64,000 nt of DNA. Source: a virus. Taxonomy: Duplodnaviria; Caudoviricetes. The notes beneath the pieces were generated by a model that worked only from the letters and a program-made list of their open reading frames with translations, had not been told where the DNA came from and ran no database searches. This document shows positions 44,605 through 53,705 of the stretch, in pieces. The stretch lies in the IMG/VR virus record IMGVR_UViG_3300025122_000013, positions 138 to 64,137 of that record; one strand, 5' to 3'. The number at the start of each line of letters is the position of its first letter. Within the stretch, counting starts at the first letter, position 1. Made by a program: the position numbers and the translations under genes.

Positions 44605-47600
44605 TCTTAATTATCTCCAAAGAGTTGTCTACTATATCTTTAATTTCATCCACATGAGATATTATTATAATATTTCTAAACCATTTTTTAAGAGACTCTA
44701 ATAGTCTACTGCATGCAGCGATATTTGTCTCATCAAGTGCACCAAATCCCTCATCAATAATTAGCATGTTCGTCTTAGTTAATGATGATACATTAATGAG
44801 AGCAACTCTTATTGCAAGAGAAGACATCATCTTCTCCATTCCAGAGGCTAGTTCAATAACCCTTCTACTATCTCCGTAATCTATAAAAACATCCATCGCA
44901 TTTGTATCTATGTCTGCCTCTAGCTCAACAGTAAACCCCACAACACCTTGTAAAATTCTTGAAATTTCAGCATTAATTAAGGGAAGCTGTGACATCATTA
45001 TCTGAAGAGGTATACCTTTCTTAGACACAGCTTGCATAAAAAGATCATATGTTCTTAAATCTATCTTGACTTTTTCAAATTCTTTTCTCTTATTTTCCAT
45101 ATCAGAGACCTGGACTCTAAGGCTTGCCACATCTTCAAATAGACCTAATCTTTTCTTATCAATTCTTTGTATCTCATCTTCTAGAAGTATTATATTTGAT
45201 CTAATAACTGATGCTGGATTTTCTTCATCCCTAACTAGCCTAGATGACATGCCATCTAAAATAGAAGATTCTCTTGACAGGCTTGATTCTAGCTGGCCCA
45301 TCTCATTTTCAATATTATTATGTCTAACTATCAATGATGAGATTTGAACAGATAAATCTGACTGTTTTTTAATCATTGCGTTGTATTTTTTAATTTTTTT
45401 CTCAACATTCTCACTTAAAATTGATTCAAAGGATATCTTTGCATCTCTTAAGGATGAAATAGATCTTTGTACTACCTCTCTCTGATCATTTATTATCTTC
45501 TTATCTCTATGTGAATCTTTAATAAATTTACAAGTTGGAAACTTGTCTCCACAAGGAACCTCTCCTAATTTTTTGATGGAGCCCACTTGGCGATCAAGCT
45601 CTCTTTTATTTTTTTCAAGCTGATGATCTAAATCAATAACTGCTCTATCAAGTTCTTTTTGAATCTCAATCTTCATCTGTAGATCTTTTATAGAAAAGTC
45701 TGACTTTACCTGTTCTATTTTTGAATATCTTTTTTGCCTTAAAGCCACCTCACTGGTGATCTCTTCTTCCTTGTCTTTTAAGCTTTCTATATCTTTTTTA
45801 TATCTTGAAACTATTTTTTTCTGGGCTTTGAGTTCTGACACTGTTATGATATCCGGATTGTCGGATGTAGCTAATTGAATATTGAGATCCTTTAGTGTGG
45901 TTCTTTTTTCAAATATATCTTTTTCAAGCAGCTCTATCTTCTCATCATTTTCAATTAAATAAAACTTAATATTATCAATTTCCTCATCCCAGTCTATATC
46001 TGGATATGATTTTACTTTATTTCTTATATCATATGACTCTATCTTTGCTATTTCGTGCATCTTTTCAAACACACCCAGGTCGAGAAATTTTGTTAAAATC
46101 ATTTTTCTTGATGTGGCGCCTTCTTTAACAAAAGTGCTCATCTCCCCTTGAGATGCTAGCGATGTCATTAAGAAATCATCAGCTGTCCCAATAAGCTTTC
46201 TTAGAATCTTTTCTGTTTCTCTTCTTTGCTCCTCAGTGATATCCTCCTCGATATCTCCCAAATTATTTAATTTGTATAGATTTAAAGAAGTTGATGCATA
46301 AATCTCTCCCTTTCTTGTCTGGTGTTTTATTGTTGATCTTATGATCCTATAGGGGTCACCATTTAAATTTATATCAACTACAGCCCTGGCGCTATTTTTT
46401 CTATTATTGATTATGTGAATATTTTTAATAGATCCTCTATCTGTTGTATTAAATAGACCATACATCAATGATCCAATTATAGATGACTTTCCTTTTGCAT
46501 TTTTTCCAAAAATACCTGTTATCCCAGGAAGATTTTCAAAATTAACAATATTTTCATTTCCATACGAGAATAAGTTATCAAATCCCAGTGAATTAATTTC
46601 CCACCTGGTGTTTCTTAGAGTATCTTCTTCCCTCGTCACCTGTGACATGTATTTTTCTATTAGCTCATCAAATTTTTCAAAATATTTTTCATTTAATTTT
46701 CCATCTCTGTAGTACTCTCTAATTAATTTTTTATGAGTCTTTCCATCTCTAAGATTCTCCTTATTAAATGTTCCAGAGGCTGTCTTTATCTTGGACGCAT
46801 CAAATGTTGACTCTGACTTGAAGACTACCTCTGTGGCCTCTTTGACTCTCATTAGCTCATATTGTAATTGCTTACTATCTGCCTGAGCTATAACACTATC
46901 TGATTTTACTCTAAACCTTGAACAATTGGGATATTTGTCAGCTTCATCTAGTGTCTTTTCAACAGATCCCTTCCAGCATATTGTTATAAATGGATTCAAA
47001 TGTTGTATTTCATAAAATTTGCTATTAAATGAGTTTTTATTTTCAATATCCCAGAATAAAAATCCTTTTCCTGTATCTTCACCATAATTTTGCTGTATAG
47101 ATGATCCGCAGTATGCTATAGTTTTTTTATTGTCTAAATACTGTCTTTTGTGTATGTCTCCTAGAAGTGTGAAATCAAAATCACTAAAAAAATCAACAGT
47201 TATATCTCCATCTATCTCCCAGTTAATATCAGTTGTTGAACCCCACACAGCACCATGAAATAATGCAATATTTATTTCGCCTTCAATAGGTTTAACATTC
47301 TGCCATCCCTCCTCATCAAAACATGAAAAAACACACCAATTATATCCAGGAATACCTGTCGGATATGTTCCTGACCTTTTATAAAGAAAGATATTTGGAT
47401 CATCTAATGCAGAGAGTATGGGAGATATCGCATCTTGTCTATCTGTATTGTGTTGTAATCCATCGTGGTTACCAAGAATGACATGCACAGGTGCTATCCT
47501 AGACATCTCTGTAAACCACCAACAGAGACTGTCTATCAGCTCTGGAGATATCCCTTGGGTCTTACTGTGTACAATATCACCCCCAAGATAAATTACATCT

Positions 47601-47707
47601 GGAGACAACTCTCTTATCTTTTCAAAGGCGTCAGAAAATGACTCTTTATACTCACTATGACGAGACAGCCCCCTCCAGTGAATATCAGCTAAATGAACAA
47701 TTTTCAT
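44573..47707 (-). CDS. Fused Mre11-Rad50 (SbcD-SbcC / gp47-gp46) nuclease-ATPase
   Basis: N-terminal phosphoesterase motifs ADIH, GGDIVH, GNHD, FHG and GDIH; then Walker A GKNAKGKSS, Q-loop ASQGE, coiled coil, signature ASGMEK, Walker B IIDEGFGALD and ISH. Confidence 0.93.
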   Translation of the reverse strand: MKIVHLADIHWRGLSRHSEYKESFSDAFEKIRELSPDVIYLGGDIVHSKTQGISPELIDSLCWWFTEMSRIAPVHVILGNHDGLQHNTDRQDAISPILSALDDPNIFLYKRSGTYPTGIPGYNWCVFSCFDEEGWQNVKPIEGEINIALFHGAVWGSTTDINWEIDGDITVDFFSDFDFTLLGDIHKRQYLDNKKTIAYCGSSIQQNYGEDTGKGFLFWDIENKNSFNSKFYEIQHLNPFITICWKGSVEKTLDEADKYPNCSRFRVKSDSVIAQADSKQLQYELMRVKEATEVVFKSESTFDASKIKTASGTFNKENLRDGKTHKKLIREYYRDGKLNEKYFEKFDELIEKYMSQVTREEDTLRNTRWEINSLGFDNLFSYGNENIVNFENLPGITGIFGKNAKGKSSIIGSLMYGLFNTTDRGSIKNIHIINNRKNSARAVVDINLNGDPYRIIRSTIKHQTRKGEIYASTSLNLYKLNNLGDIEEDITEEQRRETEKILRKLIGTADDFLMTSLASQGEMSTFVKEGATSRKMILTKFLDLGVFEKMHEIAKIESYDIRNKVKSYPDIDWDEEIDNIKFYLIENDEKIELLEKDIFEKRTTLKDLNIQLATSDNPDIITVSELKAQKKIVSRYKKDIESLKDKEEEITSEVALRQKRYSKIEQVKSDFSIKDLQMKIEIQKELDRAVIDLDHQLEKNKRELDRQVGSIKKLGEVPCGDKFPTCKFIKDSHRDKKIINDQREVVQRSISSLRDAKISFESILSENVEKKIKKYNAMIKKQSDLSVQISSLIVRHNNIENEMGQLESSLSRESSILDGMSSRLVRDEENPASVIRSNIILLEDEIQRIDKKRLGLFEDVASLRVQVSDMENKRKEFEKVKIDLRTYDLFMQAVSKKGIPLQIMMSQLPLINAEISRILQGVVGFTVELEADIDTNAMDVFIDYGDSRRVIELASGMEKMMSSLAIRVALINVSSLTKTNMLIIDEGFGALDETNIAACSRLLESLKKWFRNIIIISHVDEIKDIVDNSLEIIKNEKNTKVSHP

Positions 47708-48657
47708 ACCAGCGTCCCTATCTTACCTACAAGAGATAAATCTCTAGACCAGAATATTGAATTTTTTCTTCTTTCTTTAAACTCATCTTTTGTCATTTCT
47801 CCTACATCTTGAAAATCACCCAGATCTATCACCCGTACATCACAGCAATATGAGCTTAAAAGATCTGCATATTTTCTAGTTTTCTTTTTCATATCAGAGT
47901 CAAGTGATAATAGAACTGGCGTTCTATTTGAAATAATTTTTTTAAAAATATATGATTCCTCTCTAAGCGATGATCCAAGAAGACATGTAGAATTCTGGTT
48001 ACAAGAAAAAAGATCAAATGGACCCTCTACAATGGTTAATTCCTTTTTCCAGTTTAAATTAACCTCATTAAATACTATGTTCATCTTATCGGATTTTGAA
48101 TTTATATATTTTGGCTTCCTATCTGGGTCTATTGACCTGGATACAAGATAATTTAATTTGCCATCTGAATCAAATGATGGAATTATTATTCTTCTCCTAT
48201 GCACACCTGTTGAAGATGTTCCTAGCCTAAAGTACCAAAAATCCTTTTTTGTGAGTCCTCTTCTAAGAAGATACCTTATGCAATCTTTAATATCTGGATC
48301 ATTACTTTCAAAACTTTTACAAAGAAGAGTGAATTTTTCCGGAAGAAGCACGTTAAAGCTATCATCTTCTCTCTCTAGATTATTGCATCCCTGATCATCC
48401 TTTAAAAATCTCTCCCTATACCTGTGTGCTACATCGTGACTAAAACTTTTCTTTAATATTAGAAATAGATTTCTACCTTTTGCGTCACAAACCCAGCAGT
48501 GACAGTTCCAAGTTTCCACATTAATAGAAAACTTCTTTTTTCCACTTTTATTTTCACATACCGGACAATAGACAGCTACATTTACACCATCTCTTGCTAT
48601 CTCGACTTCTCCAAAGACATGTCTTAAAAAGTCAATCTTATTTGTAAAGGTTTCCAA
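47704..48657 (-). CDS. DNA primase (Zn-ribbon + TOPRIM)
   Basis: CPVC..CHCWVC, YLLRRG, RIIIP, VEGPFD, LDSD and DVGEM. Confidence 0.9.
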   Translation of the reverse strand: METFTNKIDFLRHVFGEVEIARDGVNVAVYCPVCENKSGKKKFSINVETWNCHCWVCDAKGRNLFLILKKSFSHDVAHRYRERFLKDDQGCNNLEREDDSFNVLLPEKFTLLCKSFESNDPDIKDCIRYLLRRGLTKKDFWYFRLGTSSTGVHRRRIIIPSFDSDGKLNYLVSRSIDPDRKPKYINSKSDKMNIVFNEVNLNWKKELTIVEGPFDLFSCNQNSTCLLGSSLREESYIFKKIISNRTPVLLSLDSDMKKKTRKYADLLSSYCCDVRVIDLGDFQDVGEMTKDEFKERRKNSIFWSRDLSLVGKIGTLV

Positions 48658-48670
48658 TGTACCCTTTTAA

Positions 48671-48699
48671 AATATAATTCAAAAAATCTAACTGTTCAA
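48671..48699 (-). promoter_or_regulatory. sigma70-like promoter for the primase / Mre11-Rad50 genes
   Basis: TTGAAC-N17-TATATT. Confidence 0.5.
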
Positions 48700-49233
48700 T
48701 TTAATTCCAGAGGAAGCTATTACATACGCGTCGGCGGCATCGTAGCATCCTGGCTCTAATATTATATTTCCTTTTCTTGGGCCAGATTTTAATTTTTTTG
48801 TCGGCCATTTAAAATTTATCTGGTTAGAGACCCATTGATGTACTTGTTCTTTAGTGGGTGCTCCTCCTTTTGATTTTCTTATGATTTTTAATCCTACAGA
48901 CTTTCTAGCTATATTGACATTAATATATGATGGCTCACAAAAAAACTCTTGCTGTGATAGATACCCAACTATTCCATTAAATCGCGCCAGAGTCAGTAGC
49001 GTCTTTGCAGAAGAGAGGCCTGGTCGAAAAGCCTGTAAGTTCTCTTCTATAAACACGTCTGTGATATCATAGCTTATGTTAAGTGATGATAGAGATTCTT
49101 GAACTATTTGGGCCTTTTCAAATAAATTTTTTTCCTTAGATAGCGAAATATAACCTAGATTTACAAACGATCCATCTTCATCTAATATACACCATCCCGT
49201 GCATGCTGTGGAAACATCTAATCCAAGAATCAA
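48688..49233 (-). CDS. ruvC: RuvC-like Holliday junction resolvase
   Basis: ILGLDVSTACTGW, VFIEE, LARFNGIV, KEQV and DAADAYVIA. Confidence 0.85.
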   Translation of the reverse strand: MILGLDVSTACTGWCILDEDGSFVNLGYISLSKEKNLFEKAQIVQESLSSLNISYDITDVFIEENLQAFRPGLSSAKTLLTLARFNGIVGYLSQQEFFCEPSYINVNIARKSVGLKIIRKSKGGAPTKEQVHQWVSNQINFKWPTKKLKSGPRKGNIILEPGCYDAADAYVIASSGIKLNS

Positions 49234-49234
49234 T

Positions 49235-51622
49235 TTAAAAATCCTTTTTAAATTTAATCAAAAACTCATCACTTCTTCGCTTCTTGATGGGTTGTGCTAG
49301 GTTAGATCTCATTATAACATTTAAATTATCATCATGTAGGTTTAATCCGGTGATGTACACAAAATCAGGATCATATTCATTTGGATCAAGAGATGCTGAT
49401 ATAGGCTTAAACATTGGATTAGATGAAGAATTAAACATTCCTACACCCGCCGGAATATTAACTGTTAACATGTGAATATTTTGCTCGCCCTTACATTTTA
49501 ATTCAAATTCATCCTTTCCAAAAAATGGAATATTTGGAGACTTGATAACAGCCACACCCTCATTGTAAAGAACAGTTCCCACATTTGCCCAAGTCGGGTG
49601 TGTTGTCAATGCATCTGCTCTAAACAGGCCACCCCTCCCATTATCTTTAAGTGATATTCTAACTTTTCCTCCGGATCCGGTTACATTAGGGTCTGTTATA
49701 AAAAGTGATCCAGGAAGTATTCTATTTCCATAGAATAAATTAGACATATCAAAGACAGTCACCTCATTTGAGCTTGGGTCTAATGTTCTATCATAAATAG
49801 TTAAGACTGGACCGACTGAGGTTTCTATTCCACCAAGATCTGTAGGCGTGCATCCCGCTACAGCTTCTGAAATTTCTTGAGGAAGGAGCGGAAGAGCTGC
49901 AGAATCAGGGACCATATCATTAATATTGATTACAGAGAGGTCAATTCCACCCAATATATTTGTAAATTGTGACATATTTGTGCTGACTGATCCGCTTGTG
50001 AGAAGATCAAAGTCTGGAACAAACCTTCCATTGTCATTTGGAAGAACTGTTAGGTTTCTTTTTCTTGTTGATCCTGATGCATACACATACCCATTTGCTG
50101 TTATATCCAGCACTGTATGATCTAACGTAGATGCCGTTAAATTATAAAGTCTAGGATAATACCCTTTAACAAATTCTCTACTAAAGTTTTCTAAATTAAG
50201 AAGTCTTCCTCCCACACCAAAAGAAAAATTAACATTGAACGGATCAGTAGGTGCCTTTCTCTCAGTCTGAAAAGGTGTTATTAAAACATTTCTCTCTCTA
50301 GACTCTTTGGCAAAAAAAGGCGGCACATAAAATAATAGGTCTTTTGTATCTGATCTTCCTGATGATATATTCTGCTTTATCTCATCACCATTTAAATCTC
50401 TATCGAATATTTTAATATCATGAATCTCTGCATTTAGTGGATGATCAAGATCAAAAAATATGGGATCGTTAGTAAGGCCCGCTGTTTTTGGAAAAAATCC
50501 TTCTCGGGAAGCTGCTGTAGTATTAAAAAACTTAGCCTCATTGTCCCATCCTTCATAATAATTTCCCAAAACTAACGCCTCTGAAGATACATGCTTCGGA
50601 GGAAGTATTGAGGAAGATGGCACAGAAAATGGATAATGATCATTATCTATCCAGATGCTTCCTGTTCCATCACTTACACTCTTTCCTCCCCACGCTATGG
50701 AGACATGATGCCAATTATTTTTACTTAAAGAATTATCAGCTGTTACAAAAATCAAATCTTCAGGATACGATCTTGTATTGTTTTTTGTATTTAAATTTAC
50801 CCTAGATGGTCGTCTATCTGCACTATGACTAAGTTGAAGTAATATTCTATATCCACTTACATTCCCATCTCCATCTCTGCCGCTTCCCGAAACTAATGAT
50901 ACAGCAAATGCTGAAGAAAGATGCATAATCGTTCCGGCTTTGAAGTCTTTTCCGGGATCGTTTGTATATCTTGGGTTTATATAAAAATCTATTGTAAAAG
51001 ATCCAGTCGGGTAATACGGCCTTGTCTCTCCTGCCTTTCTTTGAGCATTTGAGTATATTAGTGCTGAATCAGATGGAACTAGTGAAGAAGTAAAAAAGTT
51101 AAGAGTATGATAGTTTGTATACACAAATTGACAATTATCATAACTAGAAGCATAGTATGGCATCAAAATATTTCTTACTATACTTTTTGCTGCTGTGTTC
51201 AGATTAAATAAGTATGGTGGGTCGAATCTTACAACATTAAATCGTTTTGAGTTTCTAGCGATTTGAGATGATGAATTAACTATCTCCATATAGTCAGACA
51301 TGCTTGACCTAAGATCATAGCCTGTTCCAGCTTCAATTGCCTCAATTGCTGTTCTAGAAATATTTTCTAAATCAATTGCTGCCGCATAATCTTCCTCATT
51401 AAACCCTGGAACACCAGAGCTTTCTGCATCATACGAATTCTCTCCCCATTGAGAAGGATCTATTAGATTTTTAAAACACTTGCTAGGCCTAGCAGAAAGA
51501 TGTGCAGAGCCTGTAGTTAATGCTGTTGCAGGTTGAAGAGATGAGCTAACAAAATCTATCTCTGGATGAAGTGTTAAAGAAAAGTGCTCTATGTATTCAG
51601 GAAGTATCTTTATAAGAGACAT
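49235..51622 (-). CDS. Virion baseplate/tail protein with LamG-like domain and C-terminal tail-collar half-domain
   Basis: FTIDFYINP, NNWHHVSIAW and EIHDIKIF (LamG-like); ends YITGLNLHDDNLNVIMRSNLAQPIKK..IKFKKDF. Confidence 0.6.
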   Translation of the reverse strand: MSLIKILPEYIEHFSLTLHPEIDFVSSSLQPATALTTGSAHLSARPSKCFKNLIDPSQWGENSYDAESSGVPGFNEEDYAAAIDLENISRTAIEAIEAGTGYDLRSSMSDYMEIVNSSSQIARNSKRFNVVRFDPPYLFNLNTAAKSIVRNILMPYYASSYDNCQFVYTNYHTLNFFTSSLVPSDSALIYSNAQRKAGETRPYYPTGSFTIDFYINPRYTNDPGKDFKAGTIMHLSSAFAVSLVSGSGRDGDGNVSGYRILLQLSHSADRRPSRVNLNTKNNTRSYPEDLIFVTADNSLSKNNWHHVSIAWGGKSVSDGTGSIWIDNDHYPFSVPSSSILPPKHVSSEALVLGNYYEGWDNEAKFFNTTAASREGFFPKTAGLTNDPIFFDLDHPLNAEIHDIKIFDRDLNGDEIKQNISSGRSDTKDLLFYVPPFFAKESRERNVLITPFQTERKAPTDPFNVNFSFGVGGRLLNLENFSREFVKGYYPRLYNLTASTLDHTVLDITANGYVYASGSTRKRNLTVLPNDNGRFVPDFDLLTSGSVSTNMSQFTNILGGIDLSVININDMVPDSAALPLLPQEISEAVAGCTPTDLGGIETSVGPVLTIYDRTLDPSSNEVTVFDMSNLFYGNRILPGSLFITDPNVTGSGGKVRISLKDNGRGGLFRADALTTHPTWANVGTVLYNEGVAVIKSPNIPFFGKDEFELKCKGEQNIHMLTVNIPAGVGMFNSSSNPMFKPISASLDPNEYDPDFVYITGLNLHDDNLNVIMRSNLAQPIKKRRSDEFLIKFKKDF

Positions 51623-51635
51623 TCAGCCCTCTCCG

Positions 51636-52913
51636 CTAGAAGTCTAGACGAACTCTTATTGTAAGGTCCTTCTCATCATTCTTTTCAATGGGTCTTGAGA
51701 GTTTGGCAACTGCTAAGAGATTATCTTTTGCATCATAAAGGCCTACTGTAGTTATGAAGCTAAAGGCTTTTTGAGTTGCCTCCTGGCCCGTTTCAATAAC
51801 CCTTATCTTGTTGTCTGAGTCTGTGTAGGTTGGATTAGATGAATAATTAAATTCATCTGCTGTAGCCCTGCAGAAAATCAATGTTGAGTTTATATTTGTT
51901 AGATTTTGAAATGTCATCGCAGTATTAGATCCAGAGCTAAACCTACAACTTGCAAAGTGATCCACTATATTATCAATCGATGCAGAAACCATAAAGTCTG
52001 GTATAAATCTAGCATTTGGATTTGCACCATTGCCGCCGCCTATTACCATTCTTCCTCTCGAACCGCCTATCAAACTATTATTTAATGCAGATACAGTTCC
52101 AGAAACTGCCTCAGAACCAGATATAACCTTGTTTAAATTCATTATAGCTATACCTTGATCATAAAACATTAGTCCCACATTCTCTAGCGTATTTTCTGAG
52201 TTAACTATATTTCCGACATTTCCTCCATATGACATCTCTAGATTTAATGATGATCCCACATCTGTAAAGATCGCTGATCCTGACTCAGATGTCTGAAATA
52301 GATTAGGCTTTCTCGTTCCAGTTCCTACGTCTGTATCTCTAGTTAGCTCTTCATAGGCATGTGATGCACTTCTATAGAACTTCATTGCAAAAGTCTCTCT
52401 CTTTATCTTGTCCCTTGCAAATAATCTTTTGAACGTTATAAATAGTGCCTCATCTATTACATCGGTTGCTGCTCTATCGTCTGTAGCTGATGTTGCCGCC
52501 ACATAATTTGAAAAAGGAGAATAAAAAGTAGAATTTGCATCTCCTAGCAGCAATTGAGCAAACTGTCTATAATTGCTTACTTTCTCACGCATCATCATGG
52601 AGGTTGAGGGAAATAACACCTTCCCAGCTGAATCTACTCCGGTAGATGATCCAGTAACAGCTGAGCTACCTGAAAACAATCCTACAGTTAGGTCTAGAAC
52701 AGAATTTGCTGTCTGTAATGTAAAATCTTGATCAAATATTGTTTGAAATAATGAGGATGTTACTCCTGGACCGACTCCTCCTGTAACATATACCTGATAT
52801 TTTTTTCTAGTTGTAGAACCAGATATATCCTCTTGAATTACATCAACAAGCTGATTAAGAAATGATTTTGTTGTTGAGATATCTCTACTACTTAGTTGTT
52901 TAAATGTGGGCAC
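51636..52913 (-). CDS. Virion baseplate/tail protein with C-terminal tail-collar half-domain
   Basis: FNYSSNPTY...ITTVGLYDAKDNLLAVAKLSRPIEK..IRVRLDF; the C-terminus is paralogous to that of the 795-aa gene. Confidence 0.6.
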   Translation of the reverse strand: MPTFKQLSSRDISTTKSFLNQLVDVIQEDISGSTTRKKYQVYVTGGVGPGVTSSLFQTIFDQDFTLQTANSVLDLTVGLFSGSSAVTGSSTGVDSAGKVLFPSTSMMMREKVSNYRQFAQLLLGDANSTFYSPFSNYVAATSATDDRAATDVIDEALFITFKRLFARDKIKRETFAMKFYRSASHAYEELTRDTDVGTGTRKPNLFQTSESGSAIFTDVGSSLNLEMSYGGNVGNIVNSENTLENVGLMFYDQGIAIMNLNKVISGSEAVSGTVSALNNSLIGGSRGRMVIGGGNGANPNARFIPDFMVSASIDNIVDHFASCRFSSGSNTAMTFQNLTNINSTLIFCRATADEFNYSSNPTYTDSDNKIRVIETGQEATQKAFSFITTVGLYDAKDNLLAVAKLSRPIEKNDEKDLTIRVRLDF

Positions 52914-52944
52914 TTAAAAACTCCAATTTTAAATTATTACGCCG

Positions 52945-53640
52945 TTATGTTATTTGAATTCTAAAGTTTATCGTCGCGCCTGAATTCATTCCAGAAACAC
53001 TGACAATTCTTTCTACGACTGATGCACCCTTCTGCTGATACGTCTCAAATGTGGCATCTGAGACTGCCTTTGCGACAACAGTGAATGATAGCTTAGAAAG
53101 ACCTCTTGGTCCTATCGTTGGATCTGAATTGACAACGTAGGTGGCAACATTATCTTGATCTATTGATATAGGCGTGCTAGACTGATATTTTAGAAATAGG
53201 TTATCCATTGTAACTCTGTATGAGTAATCTGTTAGATCTGGGTCCAGTGTTCCACCTCCAGCCAGCGTCTGATCGAGTATCATATTTCCAAAATTAGTTG
53301 TGGAAGAGGTTCTAGTTAGACTAAGAATACTATCAGTGAGGCCTGTTAAGGTTAGTGATGGAAGACGTGTTAAACTGGGATTATTAATTGATATGCATCT
53401 ATTTTTTAATCCAAGATTTCCATGAGTTGAAGCCTCTAAAACAGGAGTATTTTTTTCAATTTTTTCCCTTCCGACAGTCCTTCCAAAAGACTTAAGGTGA
53501 CCATAATCTACCTCATCATCACCAAAAGCAAATTTAAAAATATTAAAGCTGCCATCGTTTCTTGCTAGAGACTCTCTTCCCTTATCTGTAAGAACTGCGT
53601 CTAGTATAATATTATTTGTACTCTGGTCTAAAAAACCCAT
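52945..53640 (-). CDS. Virion protein with N-terminal tail-collar half-domain
   Basis: ILDAVLTDKGRESLA...IFKFAFGDDEVDY; AGGAG SD. Confidence 0.6.
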   Translation of the reverse strand: MGFLDQSTNNIILDAVLTDKGRESLARNDGSFNIFKFAFGDDEVDYGHLKSFGRTVGREKIEKNTPVLEASTHGNLGLKNRCISINNPSLTRLPSLTLTGLTDSILSLTRTSSTTNFGNMILDQTLAGGGTLDPDLTDYSYRVTMDNLFLKYQSSTPISIDQDNVATYVVNSDPTIGPRGLSKLSFTVVAKAVSDATFETYQQKGASVVERIVSVSGMNSGATINFRIQIT

Positions 53641-53705
53641 TTTTATCTCCTTATCTTAAATATACACCTTTTGAGTATTCTAAGTAAATATTCATCATTT
53701 CTATA

